Positions 1-12,180 of a stretch of DNA of 64,000 bases are shown here, piece by piece. The position numbers were made by a program, and so were the translations under genes. Every line of letters starts with the position of its first letter. Position 1 is the first letter of the stretch. The notes beneath the pieces are model-generated. The model was not told the DNA's origin. It searched no databases and was given only the letters and a program-made list of their open reading frames with translations. This stretch comes from Saprolegnia diclina VS20 (Eukaryota), in contig NW_008246129.1 of NCBI RefSeq assembly GCF_000281045.1, positions 81,316-145,315 of the forward strand, written 5' to 3'.

Positions 1-1014
1 TTTTTTCTCGTGACTAGTGTACCCAAGTTAAGTCGTGCCATCAAAGGGCAGAGCAGATAGCCCGGCGTATTGACGGTTCGCTGCAAGCTACTTGAGCCTT
101 TGCCAACACTATTTACGTGTTCGACGCAACTCGTCGTTGCGTCGTGTATGCATCGTTCACCAAAATATTGGGAGGGATGTTCAGCATGGTTTGTGCTCTT
201 CGTATCATCAAATGCGGTCGTAGTACCCTGATCGTGGCAGCGTAGACTGTCCTTTTGTCTGGGGTTTCAATGCCCCCACGTCGTACTGGTTTCCACTCAT
301 CGTCGGGTTGTTGTCGATGTGACCACAAAATGCCTTCCATAGAGAACCTTCCTGCGTGGCGTTGTGGGCTCGGATTGTCGTTCTGATCCGTGGGACTCGA
401 CACATTACTGCATCTGGTCTGTACGCATACACGGGCTTCCAGAGCCGTTGATAGACACAGAACTAGAGGACCATGTAGCTTCGACACAGTTCCCTTGCGC
501 AACAATTGCATAAATAGGATCTCCAAGACGAAAGTCGTAAGTACCATAAACAAACGACATATGGCGAATCGCTATTGGTGTCAAGCCTGCAAAACTCATT
601 GCAATCCAGCACCACAAGAACAGCACCTCGACCAGGAGATAGCAACTCGCCCAGGTTGAACTTGCCCAGGATCAGTCCCAGATGACGCACCCCAAAATAG
701 TCTGTCGTGGGGGCAACCGTACTAGTGCTAGCTGAGGCGCACATGAGCGAGATAGGATGCGTTCGTATTCACAAACACCCGAAACCCGACAACGTTCGAC
801 GCTATGATTGTAAGTGTGCCAACTACACGGCCTGTACAGGCTGGACGACTCTGAGCGCATCCATCTTCATCCATCCAACTCCACAAGATCTCAGCGCAAT
901 GGCCGTGGGCCGCGGGCGTGCGATTGTAGTACCTTGCTCGTCTTGCACTTCATGGCCTAGGAGTCATTTCATTCTCTCATTTGCCTCCTCCAGCGCATTC
1001 CCACTCTCCGCACC

Positions 1015-1509
1015 ATGAAGACCTTTGTCGCTGCCCTCATCGTCGCGTCTGCGTCCGCCGCGGTCCCCGACTGCTCCGTCGCCAACTTTGCCGGTCTCTT
1101 GCCCATCGCGATGGACGGCAACGGCGTCTTTGCCACGTGCAGCAAGGACATCAACGAGCCCGTCTCGGCCATGATGAACCCCAACTGGATCCCCAAGAAC
1201 CTCCAGATGGTCAAGGACTTTGCCAAGTCGAGCAACTGCAAGAACTTTTACAAGACCGTCACCGACTTTATGCTCACGATCAAGCCGCCATGCATGCTGC
1301 ACCAGGCGGGAGCTGACTTGTCCACAGATTACGCAGGCACGATTCCGTTCGACACGTCGATCCAAACGTGGACGGCGTACTACTCGCCGCCGACGCCCAA
1401 GCCAACCGATGCACCGACGCCTGCACCGACCGTCGCGCCGACGCCCAAGCCAACGGATGCGCCGACGCCCGCGCCTACTGTCGCTCCGACGCCCAACCCT
1501 GCGTGCTAG
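1015..1509 (+). CDS. Secreted elicitin-like protein with Pro/Thr-rich tail (164 aa)
   Basis: Signal peptide MKTFVAALIVASASA; ~100-aa domain with 4 Cys; PT-rich repeat tail ending in PAC; single exon. Confidence 0.7.
   Translation: MKTFVAALIVASASAAVPDCSVANFAGLLPIAMDGNGVFATCSKDINEPVSAMMNPNWIPKNLQMVKDFAKSSNCKNFYKTVTDFMLTIKPPCMLHQAGADLSTDYAGTIPFDTSIQTWTAYYSPPTPKPTDAPTPAPTVAPTPKPTDAPTPAPTVAPTPNPAC
1390..1485 (+). repeat. Two tandem 48-nt coding repeats (PTPKPTDAPTPAPTVA x2)
   Basis: Identical at protein level with synonymous differences in the DNA. Confidence 0.9.
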
Positions 1510-1928
1510 GTTGTCGAGCGAATCGTGTGCATTGCGCAAGGTGGGACATCGCAGTTGTGGTGTGTGTATATCCTGAATCCATTGTTTTATGTGACGTTGA
1601 GTGCGGATTTTGATGCTTTTGAGTGTAAAAGGAAGTAGTATATCAAGAAAAACATATATAGTGAGGTGGATCAGTTCGTTTTCGGTTAGGGGTGTAACAA
1701 GGTATAAATCCCACCGTCTCAGCAACAGCTGTTCAACGATCATCATTTGGGAAAGAACTTCATATGGAAGAATTTTCCCACACCTAATTTCTTCCAGTGA
1801 TCCTTTTCGAGTGCTGCTACAAACAGGATTTGGCGCAGGTTGTTCCCCATGTACATTTCACGAAAACCGGATAGTAACCGGAAATTTGCACGGGCTTTCT
1901 TGCTGGCAGAGCGACGACCAAAGCAGCC

Positions 1929-2732
1929 ATGACCTTCGACGACTGGCTGTGTAAGCGCCTGGACGAGCTTGCGATCGACGGCGAGGTACGCGTTGCTCCG
2001 GCCTCGAGAGAAAGAAGAGGTGATGATATGCACGTAGGTCTATGGCGAGTACGTGCGTGGCATCGTCGCTGACGAGGATACGGACCTCGACGAGCGTTGC
2101 CAGACAGCGGTCGACGTCCTTCGCGCTGTCGTCGAGAACGACGCAGGCCTAGCCGGCCTCGACGCGCAGATCAAAGCCAAGTGGCTGGAGCAGGAAGACG
2201 CAGCGGCGACGAAGGCTGCGCAGAGCTTGGAGCAGGCCAAACTGGAGCTCGAGGAGAAGAAGAAGGCGGAGCTCAAGCTCGTTGAAGAGAACGAGCGCAA
2301 AGAAGCCGAGAAGGCCCAAGCCCGGCAGCATATGTAAGGCGTGTTACGCTATCGCTTCTGTGGCTCATGGATATGGTAGGACGCGCGAGGAAATGCTGCA
2401 GCGTGAGAAGATCCTCAACGAGTACGGTGCAGCCGACTCGTCGTTCCTGGACGAAGACGGCAACGTGATTGTGCGCGAAACCAAGGTGCGACTTTGACGG
2501 CATCAGTATACTCATGCAGTGTTGTGGAGTGTAGAAGACTGAGGAGAGTGGTCCTGTCAACACGAACAAGACGCAGGCCAAGGAACACCAGCAAGCGATT
2601 CGCGACAAGATGAAGAAGGAGCACGACAGCAAGGTCAAGCGCGATAAGGAGCTTCTTGAAGCCGACCGTCTCCGCAAGGAAAAGGCCAAGCGGCGGACGC
2701 AGAAGAAGGAGAAGCAGCGCGGCGCTGGCTAA
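1929..2732 (+). CDS. CCDC43: Coiled-coil domain-containing protein 43 homolog (4 exons)
   Basis: Spliced MTFDDWLCKRLDELAIDGE|VYGEYVRGIV matches the CCDC43 N-terminus; C-terminal NTNK...RDK...KRRTQKKEKQR; GT-AG introns (first 1986-2037). Confidence 0.8.
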
Positions 2733-3300
2733 ACAGCGTCCCCATTTTGAACCCGTTTCATTTCTCTGCCTTTTATCGTGCCTTAAAGTTGCTTTTCTAA
2801 AGCGCGTGCTCAATTCCGCTGCCGCACGCATGGCGACGTCCATGAGTGTCTCGTGCCTCATACAGTAGTGGCCTCCAAGAAACGGCCCCGGGCGTACTGC
2901 ACCGTCAAGTCATACAGTTGCGAGGTCCGAGCTTCGACAGGTCCTTTTTCAATTGGAATGTCATCCAAAGCCCAGAGCAAACTCTAGTCAGTTTCCGAGG
3001 TCTCGTCTCTGGGTGCGTGCACCGACGTGAACACGCAATACCGGTATTGGGGCCTTGGAGGGAACATCGCAGTACGCTGGAACCTGATGCAAGAGCGAAT
3101 TGGGCCGAGCAACGGTATCAGCCCTGAACAAAATTATACTCCTACGTGCCAGGTCGTAGCAAGAGTATATTGTACACCCTTGGTAGTATAATAGTTGTCA
3201 ATCCCACTAGACTGGCATTGTCGGCCTGTCGAGTTCGTGCCATGGTCTGGCAGTCAACAGCGCCACAGCTGTATCCGGAACATCCGGATACGACGCCACG

Positions 3301-5022
3301 ATGGCCGATGCGCAGCCGCGCCGGTCCAAGGCAACGTTCGTGCTGCTGCTGCGCGACGCGCTGGCGACCGTCGGCATCGAGTACCTCACGCCTGAGGACA
3401 TCCGGCGGGCTAAGACGAGCAGCGTGAGCGCGACCGAGTTTGACGACAGCCACGCGCTCCTGGTACTTCGCCACATTGCACTTTGCAAAAGCTACATGGC
3501 ATGCTCTAGTGCATTCCGTTCTGGCGCGCACTGCACGATCTCTGCCTCGTCATCCTCGCCGACTTTAGCGTGGATAGAATGGCTGTCGCAGCGCAGTCCC
3601 AAGCGCTCTTTGATGAGCCTGACGGGTTTGATGTACGTCCTTTGATATATAGCGCCCGTAGTCGCATTCGAATCAGGTCTGCGTCGAGGCCGCACGCTAT
3701 TATCTCTACGAGTGGGGCTTTCTCTGCCACGAGTTCTACACGACGCAAAGTCCGTTGACGCTACCAGGCCCGATCCTCTTGGCCGCGATCGTCTTCCTCT
3801 TTGGCCAAAGTCACTTGTTTTCGCGCCAAGCGACGGCGATCGTGCGGCGGCAGCTTGGATACGACCATATTCACTTGCCTCCGTACCCCAACGTACGGTT
3901 TTCAAGCATTATGGATGGCGTCTGATCAATTGTCGGCGGTGTAGGTACCGCCATTGCATCCATCGACCGTCCGGGATGCGTTTGCGGTGGCGGCGCGACG
4001 CACCTCGCAGCGTCGCCCACCGTGCTCGGTACGCCGGCATTTCAAGAACGTACACTGAAACGAAACTACGTGTATAGACGTCGGCACCGCTGCTGCACAC
4101 GGTCCACGCCACTCACTTTGCGTACGGCAAATTGCAGTCGCAACTCAAGGCACGTTACTATGAACCTTCCAAAGCCGTAGCGCACGAGGTCCACGCTTGA
4201 CATCTCTCGACCACTAGGAGTGGCATGCGCTGCAAAAAGCGCACAAAACACTCCTCGCTCGGATTCGAGAGTCGCAGCTCGCCCAGCTGGGTACCGTGTT
4301 CGGAGAGTGATCTGGCTTCTCTAACTACGAACGCGTAGGCACGAGCAAAGTGTTGATGGACGATGACGGCATTGCAGCGAGTGTGCTCAGCCCATACGAG
4401 CTCTGGCTCTTACGCCACCCAGAGGAGCTGAGGCTGCACCGCATCGCGCTCGACCAACGGTACGTCTTGCTATCTCAGACGTTTGTCGCCCTACGGCTAT
4501 GTATGAGGCTACAAAATTACGCGGATGAAAAGCTATTTTACCAGTGGGCGATCGCTGCCGTGACCCAAGGACTCAAGGTGCTTCCGCCGTACGACGAAGA
4601 TTCTCGAAAGGTGCAGATTTGATTTTTATGCTAGCGTCGGCAAGCGTGAAGAGCCGACACCGTCTCAGGCGTTCGAGGCCGTAGTGGCGTCGGCCTCCGT
4701 GGCCAATGCTGCGTTCAAAGCCCGGCTGCCATCGTACAAAACCGTGTGCTTGCACTGGAAAAGCAGTGTCTCGGCCAAGGAAAAAGCCAAATACAAAGCT
4801 AAGATCGAGGCAGCCACTGCTAAAATGACGGACGAGCTGCCAGTGCTGAGCCTCCTCTTCACGCCCATCAAGCCCAAGCCGATCCAAGCTGCTTGCGCTC
4901 TTCGATCAGAGCCCCATTCACCTTACAAGCTCCAGACAGACGTACCAAAGCGATACCTGCAAGGCGAAGTGCAGCGACTTGTATCCTTGCTGGAGAAAAA
5001 GTGGCGCGTCCAGCTGGTCTAA
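3301..5022 (+). CDS. TEDC1: Putative tubulin epsilon and delta complex protein 1 (TEDC1/C14orf80-like), multi-exon
   Basis: Motifs LTPEDIRRAK, PILLAAIVFLFGQ and LSPYELWLLRHPEEL...EKLFYQW resemble TEDC1 blocks (PEIFRRAK, ELLLALSWLL, ELVFWRW); exon structure approximate. Confidence 0.5.
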
Positions 5023-6044
5023 TCTAATAACGAGCGCCCAGAGATCATGCAACGAATGGTAAACCGTGGGCAAATTGTCGCTCGAAACGTCTCCGCCATC
5101 GCGCTGCATCGATGTGTCTGGTGCTGTCTCTCGCGGTCGCTCGAATGATCTCCAGAATGATATGTGCTCATCTTCCCCAGAGCCGGCGCTACGAGTTGTA
5201 TCACGTCGCCCGTGCAACACGTCTTGTGCGGTGTATCGCTGTGGGGGCGAAATTTCTGTGGTCACCATGAAGCGCGAGATTTTAATATTCAATCTGGCGT
5301 GGCTGGCTAGTGCATACTAGTATGTACTAGTAACACCGTACAGTAAAGTATGGTGTGGTATGCCTTCGCCTCGAAGCCCTGCAACTAGGCGCTGCACTTC
5401 ACCAAGGGTCCATAGTTCACCCATACAAATATGAACCTAGCAATCTCGAATATCCTGCCAAGGGTGAATAAAAATCTTTTATTTATTGAGCCTTGATCCT
5501 TCGCTACCAGTATCTCAAACATCAAGTCAATGACGACAGCTTCCAACGTGAACATTTCCATGGGTCAATAATAAAGACATTTCTCAGATCGTTCGAGGTC
5601 CTCCATCTTGCCCTTTGTGTCGGTGGCCCAGTCGTTATACATCAACCAGACGACCGTTCAAGGTCTAACGCGATTGAGGAGGTCGATGATGCTGCAAGAT
5701 CTTATTGACCCGTGGCTTGCCACCGTCGCGGGCTCGTGGTGGGAGCTTCTCGACATCGCGAACCGTCTCTTCGTGTCAATGAACCGAGGATGAAATCGCC
5801 GGTGTCGGATCGTTGGCGTCGGTCGTCATAGCCTCGTGGCCAAAGCGCTGGCGTCAGTGGGCGGCCTGTAGCACAGCGGTATAGTACGGTACACGTGACC
5901 GCAGCCTCGGGCGCGCCGTCATTGATTGGCTTGACCTGTGCATAGGAGGGTCGCCGTTACATTTGGTCGTTCTATGCGCATACAAAGATCAAGCTTGGCG
6001 GAGGCAGGATTTGGGTTGACGGCAGTTTGCCATTTTTGCCAGCA

Positions 6045-7694
6045 ATGAGCACGACGAGCAGCAGCAGCAACGCCTCGTTCGTGGGCAAGCCCGACGGCAA
6101 GGTGGCGGCGCCCAAGCAAAAGGTACGCATGCTGCAGATGCAATGGCTCATGGCGGCCATGCCAGATCCGCGGGTCGCCACCGACGTCGGCGCCCGAGCT
6201 CTCGCAGCTCGGCACCAAGGCCGGGTTTCTGCGCAAGGAGGCCGACAACGAGAAGGGCCATTGGACGCCCTACTACTTTGTCGTCAAGCCCTCGACGTTC
6301 TTGTACTATTATCGCACGCCGACAGACGAGTACCCACGTGGCGTTATCGACCTCGAGTATATGACGGACGTGCGACTTAACTCGCAGTGCATCAAGCGCA
6401 GCATTGGTGGCTCGGCCCACAGCTTCCGCGTCGCTGCTGACGTCAAGACGACGGAGCAGAAGAAGATTCGACCGCTGTACCTCGACATTGCGCCCGAAGA
6501 CGCCGTATGTAGTCCTGCTGTCGACACACCTCATGGACCGAGGCGTGTAGGCCGACGAGATTGCAGGCGAGACGCCTGCACAACGCCAGGCGCGCATGGA
6601 GGCCCACGCCATTGAGTGGATGAAGGCGCTGCAGGGTCACCGGTACAAGACGATCGACTCGGAGAAAGAAGACCTCCAAGAGGAAGTCCGGACGCTCAAG
6701 GACAAGTGCGAGAAGACGCAGGAAGCCATTGTGCGCCTCACGGAACAGCTTGACCACATTACGCGCCGCTCCAAGTACGTTGTGAAGGAAGCGATGGCGG
6801 CGACACAGGCTGCTTGCGGCGCGTTGGCCGAGCCCGAGTCGTACGAGGCGCTCGCGCCTTCCCTTGATGCCCTTGGCTCAATCGCCAAACTCGCGTCGCT
6901 CGTCGAAGAGCTTGCAACGCACGTGCACGCCCGCAACGACGCTGTCAAAGTGCTCCAAGCGGAGATCGAGGTGCGCCAAGATGCAATCGGCGGTAAACTT
7001 AGCATGCGGTAGGATGAGCGCGAGAAGAACACGCCTGTCCCAAGCTCGCCCATGGACGACGATGACGAGCCCGCGGATGAACTCAACCACGAAATCCTCG
7101 AACAAGTCCTCGACGACTCGCAAGGCACGATCAGCAGCAAGCAGTTTTCGGCCATGCGCAACAAGTACGTGTACCCGAGATGCCTGCTAAATCTCAAAAT
7201 TGCGCGCGTTTAGGGGCCGCGGTTTCTCGAGTAATGCGTCGTCGACGCAGATGCTCAGCGCGGCGGGTTCGGCCTTTAACCTCGGCTTCAGCAAAGCCAA
7301 GGCAGTCACGAGCCGCCTCGCGATTGGCTCGAAGCTCAAGCGCCAGCTCACGACGGCCCCACAGACGCCGACGAAAGCGGCTGCCAACCTTCCGAAAGGC
7401 TGGATCGCCCGCGAGAGCTCGTCGACGCCGGGCACGTTTTATTATGTAAACGAGACGACGGGCGAGACGTCGTGGGACGTGCCCGTCGCGCTGGGATCGC
7501 CCACGGTGCCCGAAGGCGACGAAGACAACAATGACGACGACACGATGGCCTCGGAGCCGCTCGATGGTGACAACAATGGCGATAACAAGACCAAGTGGAA
7601 GCTCAACAAGCCCGCGTTCTCGCGCACGTTTTCGCTCAAGCCCAATGCGGACGGCGCCGTCAAGGAGATCGACCGTTCGCACCACCAGTTTTAG
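6045..7694 (+). CDS. PH domain + coiled-coil + WW domain protein (multi-exon)
   Basis: PH: KAGFLRKE...YYFVVKPSTFLYYY...PRGVIDL...EWMKAL; WW: LPKGWIARESSSTPGTFYYVNETTGETSWDVP. Confidence 0.8.
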
Positions 7695-8063
7695 CAGCGC
7701 GATCGGTGCGGGATGTGTAGTTATGGCACACGTAGTGATGTATAAATCCCACCGTTCACGTTGCGCCTCTGTCCTTGCCTCCTAATCTGTGGCTCGACTG
7801 AGCTATGACCTCACCGGTTATCAGGCACGGTGGCGCCATTGCATGCGTACGGCAGCGTACGTTGGCAGCTAGGATATGGTCGCCACGCAGGCCACGTTGG
7901 AGACGGTTGGGCTAGCGCCATTGTCGACGCTGCGGCGGACGCTATAAGCCTGCTGCGCAAGCGAGAACCGTGGTAGGCGGAGCTAGGACACACAAAGCAT
8001 GCATGTATAGAATCACGGGACGTGCTATACACGGTTGTTTACGTAGCGGCGCGGCCTGCGGCT

Positions 8064-8261
8064 TTACTCTTCTTGCGTGGCCGGGAGGTGGCTGTAGGTC
8101 GTCTTGTGCTTGGTGGCGAACGAGGCCATGGGCACGATGAGGAGGCCGAGCACGCCGACGAGGACGCCCGTGCGCGTCTTCCAGTTCTTCGGCTCGTTCC
8201 ACCAGCCACCGGCCGGCGACCACGTGTGCTTGGGGTACGGAAACTTGCTCACGGCGCCCAT
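8064..8261 (-). CDS. Small single-TM protein (65 aa), probable mitochondrial complex I accessory subunit (fungal NUUM-like)
   Basis: MGAVSKFPYPKHTWSPAGGWWNEPKNWK followed by a hydrophobic helix; YPKHxWSPAGGW motif recalled from fungal homologs; strong codon bias. Confidence 0.6.
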   Translation of the reverse strand: MGAVSKFPYPKHTWSPAGGWWNEPKNWKTRTGVLVGVLGLLIVPMASFATKHKTTYSHLPATQEE

Positions 8262-8849
8262 GTTGGTCTCACAAATTGACTTTCCGTGGCCACAATGCTT
8301 TGCCGCGACCTCCCAAACCACATATATTCGTATATTGATCGTGACAGGTGTATCCGGAAATGAACCGATTTCACCTGTGCTTGTTTGTCCTTGGTAGCAT
8401 CCGCGCAGAGAATAGCACGGTACGAACCTGACCGAGATGTGCTTATAGTAGCGACGTTGACGGAGCTCGGTGGACGCCGCTGGATCCCTCGAATCCAAGA
8501 ATCGAAAGAATCTGGGCAAAATATCTCGAAAGCACATTTCTTGTATCAATTTATAGTTATTATTCATTATGAGAGGTTAATATCATGACAGTATCGCTCG
8601 AGCACGAATGCGATGCTGCCTCTTGGCAAAGCATGGTACTTGTGAGAGCTACGTTACATGGCGGAATAGCTTGAGGTGTCGAGTCGGTTGCTGCCTGCTG
8701 CAGGCACGTCGGTCCTGTGCGGTTATATTACCTCTAGGAGTGCATGCCAGTGACATTAAATGGCAGAGGTCTTTGCCCGTTCACCGCAAACCATCAATGG
8801 GATTATCCGGTCATTCGGATAACGGCCGACAAGAATTCATTTGTTCAAC

Positions 8850-10110
8850 ATGCTCTTCACGGCCAACAAGTCGCTCATCGCTTGCGCGTATGGCCAAGCC
8901 ATCTTCATCTACAAGTACGTTCCTCATCTACCGGGCCATCGCATGACACTCATGGCGCTTTCGTCTCTGTAGCGGTGCGTCGTCCTTCCTTCTCTCGACG
9001 ACGTCGCAGGTCGTGGCCATCGCCTTGAACGCCGAGGCGACGCTGCTCTCTGTCGTCACGCAGGACAAGAAGCTCACGGTGTACGAGATGAACTCGACGC
9101 GCGGCGAAGTTGTATCGACGCGCGAAGTGCCGCGTAACACGACGAGCATGGTCGCGGCGACATACGGCGGCAAGGAAGCTGTCCTTGTGGGCGGCAACGC
9201 CGGCGAGGTCAACGCGTACCCGCTGCCGGACGTCACGGCAGGCGAGAAGAGCCTTCTTCAGCACACGACGTCGATCATCACGGACGTCGCGATGAGCATC
9301 GACGGCAAGTACCTCCTCACGGCGGACCGCGACGAGAAGGTCCGCGTCTCGCACTTTCCGGCGACGACGCTCGTGCAGAACTACTGCTTGGGCCACCGCC
9401 AATGCGTGCGCAAGATTGCGACGTGCACCGTGACGCCGTCGCTCTTTGTACGTGCTTTCATGGATATGGATGTAGCTGCAACAAGTGGCATACCTCTGTA
9501 GGTCTCGGTCGGCCTCGATGACGCGCTGCACCTCTGGGACATTGAGACGGGTGCGCTCCTCGATGCCTTTGCGCTCGAGACGTCCGACACGAAGCACTGC
9601 GGTCTCTCGGTGTGCCCGCTCACGAACCGCATCGCGCTCGTCCGCAACACCGACATGGCCGTGCGCTTCTTTAGCATCAACGCGGACAAGAAGATCATTG
9701 CGTTGCCGTTGACGCTTCCCGAGTAAGCTTTCTTTTGCTGCCGTATTTCTTCGAGTCTCATGCGGCACATAGAGCGAGCCAGCCCACGAACGTCGTCTTC
9801 AACGAGAGCGGCCATGTGCTCGTCGGCTACAAGGCGGCGCCGTTTTTGCAGCAGTTTGACATTGCCGGCGAGTCGCCCGCGCTCAAGTCGATTGCTGGTG
9901 TCGATGCGTTCGCTACAATCGCTGAGACGACCGTCCTTGGTACGACTACCATGCTCATCGGTCTCCAAGCCCATCGTATGTCTGCTAGGCGATGTGGACG
10001 AGGAAGATGGCGACTCGGACGACGGCGAGCTGCGCAAGAAGAAGCTCAAGCCTTCCCACTGGAAGAGCAAGATGCCGGGCCATAAGGGCAAGGAGATGAC
10101 GACTGAATAG
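8850..10110 (+). CDS. WDR4: tRNA m7G46 methyltransferase non-catalytic WD40 subunit (Trm82/WDR4), multi-exon
   Basis: Signature HTTSIITDV...LLTADRDEKVRVSHFP...NYCLGH; start inferred from spliced first exon MLFTANKSLIACAYG. Confidence 0.85.
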
Positions 10111-10341
10111 AGTGCTGTATTGACCTTGTACCTCGTTGCACGATGGAGGTGCAGGTGCAGGATTACTCCAGCCGCCTCGGAAGCAAGGGACGTCCCTTCC
10201 TCATTAGTCCTGTGGTTGGACTGACGAGAGGCGCCTGCCACCCACCAATCACAGGGCGGGTGCACGCTCGAGTTGGCCAATTAAAAAATCGCAATATTTT
10301 TATCCAATCCAAAGCGGCGGATTGCTCGTAGCGATCTTGAA

Positions 10342-10355
10342 TCATTTTCGAATTT
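10342..10355 (+). promoter_or_regulatory. Oomycete INR+FPR-like core promoter
   Basis: TCATTTTCGAATTT 8 nt before the nitroreductase ATG; CCAAT boxes upstream (~10246, ~10277). Confidence 0.55.
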
Positions 10356-10363
10356 CACACGTG

Positions 10364-11116
10364 ATGGCCAACCGCACGATGAGCCGCGACCTGAGCACGC
10401 CGACGCCGTACGAGCGTGGTGTCCGCGACGGCGCCCTGGCGGGCATCGGCCTCAGCATCGGCGTCTCGCTCCTCACGGCCGTGGGCACGGGCGCCGCCGT
10501 TGCGCTCTGGAAGTACGTCAAGAAGCAGCGCAACCTCTACGACGCTGACGAGCTCATTGCCAAGCGCCGTTCGATCTTCCCGCGGGACTATGACACGTCG
10601 CGCGTTGTGCCCGAGAGCGTCTTGATGAAGATGCTTGAGAGCGCCAACTGGGCGCCGACGCATGGCAAGACTGAGCCGTGGCGCTTTGTCGTGTTTGCTG
10701 GCGACGCCCGTCGTCGCCTCGGCGAGAAGGACGCGGCCATCTACAAGGCCAAGACGCCCGAAGACAAGTTCTTTCCCAAGAAATTTACCAACAAGCTCCA
10801 GAGCAAGCTCGACTCGTCGTATGTGATTGCGATCGTCATGAAGCGCCAGGAGAGCAAAAAGATCCCGGAGATTGAAGAGATCGAGGCTGTTGCGTGCGCC
10901 GTCCAGAACTTGCACTTGTCGGCGACGGCCCACGGTGTCGGTGGCTACTGGAGCTCGGGTGGCTCGTTCGACGACGAAATGAAGGCCTTCCTTGGCCTTG
11001 GCGCCGAAGACATTTGCCTCGGCCTTTTCTATGTCGGGTACCCCAAGCCGGGCTTCGTCCACCCCAAGGGCGCCCGCCGCCCCATCCAGGACAAGGTCAC
11101 GTTCGTTCGCGAGTAG
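10364..11116 (+). CDS. Nitroreductase-family (YdjA-like) FMN oxidoreductase with N-terminal TM anchor, intronless
   Basis: KRRSIFP, ANWAPTHGKTEPWRFVVF, AVACAVQNLHL..GVGGYWSSG, LGLFYVGYP; hydrophobic segment GALAGIGLSIGVSLLTAVGTGAAVALW. Confidence 0.9.
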   Translation: MANRTMSRDLSTPTPYERGVRDGALAGIGLSIGVSLLTAVGTGAAVALWKYVKKQRNLYDADELIAKRRSIFPRDYDTSRVVPESVLMKMLESANWAPTHGKTEPWRFVVFAGDARRRLGEKDAAIYKAKTPEDKFFPKKFTNKLQSKLDSSYVIAIVMKRQESKKIPEIEEIEAVACAVQNLHLSATAHGVGGYWSSGGSFDDEMKAFLGLGAEDICLGLFYVGYPKPGFVHPKGARRPIQDKVTFVRE

Positions 11117-11489
11117 ACGTGGTCGCACGGTAGATGTTAAGGATATGTAACAAGACAATAGTCGACTAGACCAAACGACTCTGGGCGATACAACGAGCTG
11201 CATCTGGCTGGTGCTACTGTATGAAGGCCCTCCACGACAGACTCTAGTGTGTCCTGCGCATGCTACTACAGCTGTAGCTGGTATATCTACACTGTACGTG
11301 ACGTTGTTGCGGTGGCTTCGAATGGCTCGGAGGACTTGCACCAAAGGAAACGAGAAGCCTTTGCTGGCGCCAAGGCAGGAGGGGCACTGGCCATCGAAGG
11401 TTGAACCAGCAGCGCTCGCTTGAACTTGGTCGGAAGCGCAAGAGCCCAAGATGAGGTATATAGGATATGTATTACAAGAGAGCGTGGCC

Positions 11490-11846
11490 TTAGATGTTGC
11501 CGATGCCCACGCCTTCCATGTGGCTGCCTGCGTGCAGACCAATGTCGTCAACGGCGTCGTCAAGGACGTTCGACTTCTTCTTGGACGACGACGACTTGGC
11601 GCTCGTCTTCTTGAGCTCCTTGGGCGCTTTGAACGCGATGCCCATGGCCTTGCAGAGCGCGGCCGCTTCGTCGGCCTCGAGCACACCGTACTCGATGCAC
11701 CACTTCTTGGCCATCTTACTCTCGGGGTTCTGGCGCAGGAGGCTCTCGTAGAAGACGCGGTCCGCAAAGCCCGGCGACGGCGTCGGGTGCTTCTGCCCCG
11801 GCTTCCGGTTCGCTTCCAGCTCCTTCGACCACTCCTCCTCGTCCAT
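11490..11846 (-). CDS. Conserved small eukaryotic hypothetical protein (118 aa)
   Basis: PGQKHPTP...DRVFYESLLRQNPESKMAKKWCIEYGVL block typical of a conserved uncharacterised family; Lys-rich tail; good codon usage. Confidence 0.75.
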   Translation of the reverse strand: MDEEEWSKELEANRKPGQKHPTPSPGFADRVFYESLLRQNPESKMAKKWCIEYGVLEADEAAALCKAMGIAFKAPKELKKTSAKSSSSKKKSNVLDDAVDDIGLHAGSHMEGVGIGNI

Positions 11847-12180
11847 CGTCGTTGTGGTTGTGGCAGCGTCGAAGACGTACGGATACGTTGCAACCCGTAT
11901 CCGGATGGTCGAACCGTCGCGGTGGAATCGGCGGTGTCATGGGCTCTTCAACTTGAGTTTCAGCAATGCGACGACAGGAGCTCGTCTACGCTATGCGTAC
12001 TACCGAGAGAGCAACCAACGATAGCGATAGCACGACTCGGGCGCTGGCACTCACCACCAACCTCAATTATCTACTCCTACAACGAGCTGCACATTGCTTT
12101 GACCCGAGTCCGTTGAGATGGTCATGACCTAGTCGAAGTTGTCGGTAGTAGGTGGTGGTACAAAGATGTGGAGTCGTGTA

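Noticed and set aside
390..659. DTLLHLVC ankyrin-like motif
   Set aside because: Single isolated motif with no further repeats and no host-like codon usage
10355..11893. 512-aa minus-strand ORF
   Set aside because: Antisense or off-frame shadow of the nitroreductase and the 118-aa gene, caused by GC3 bias
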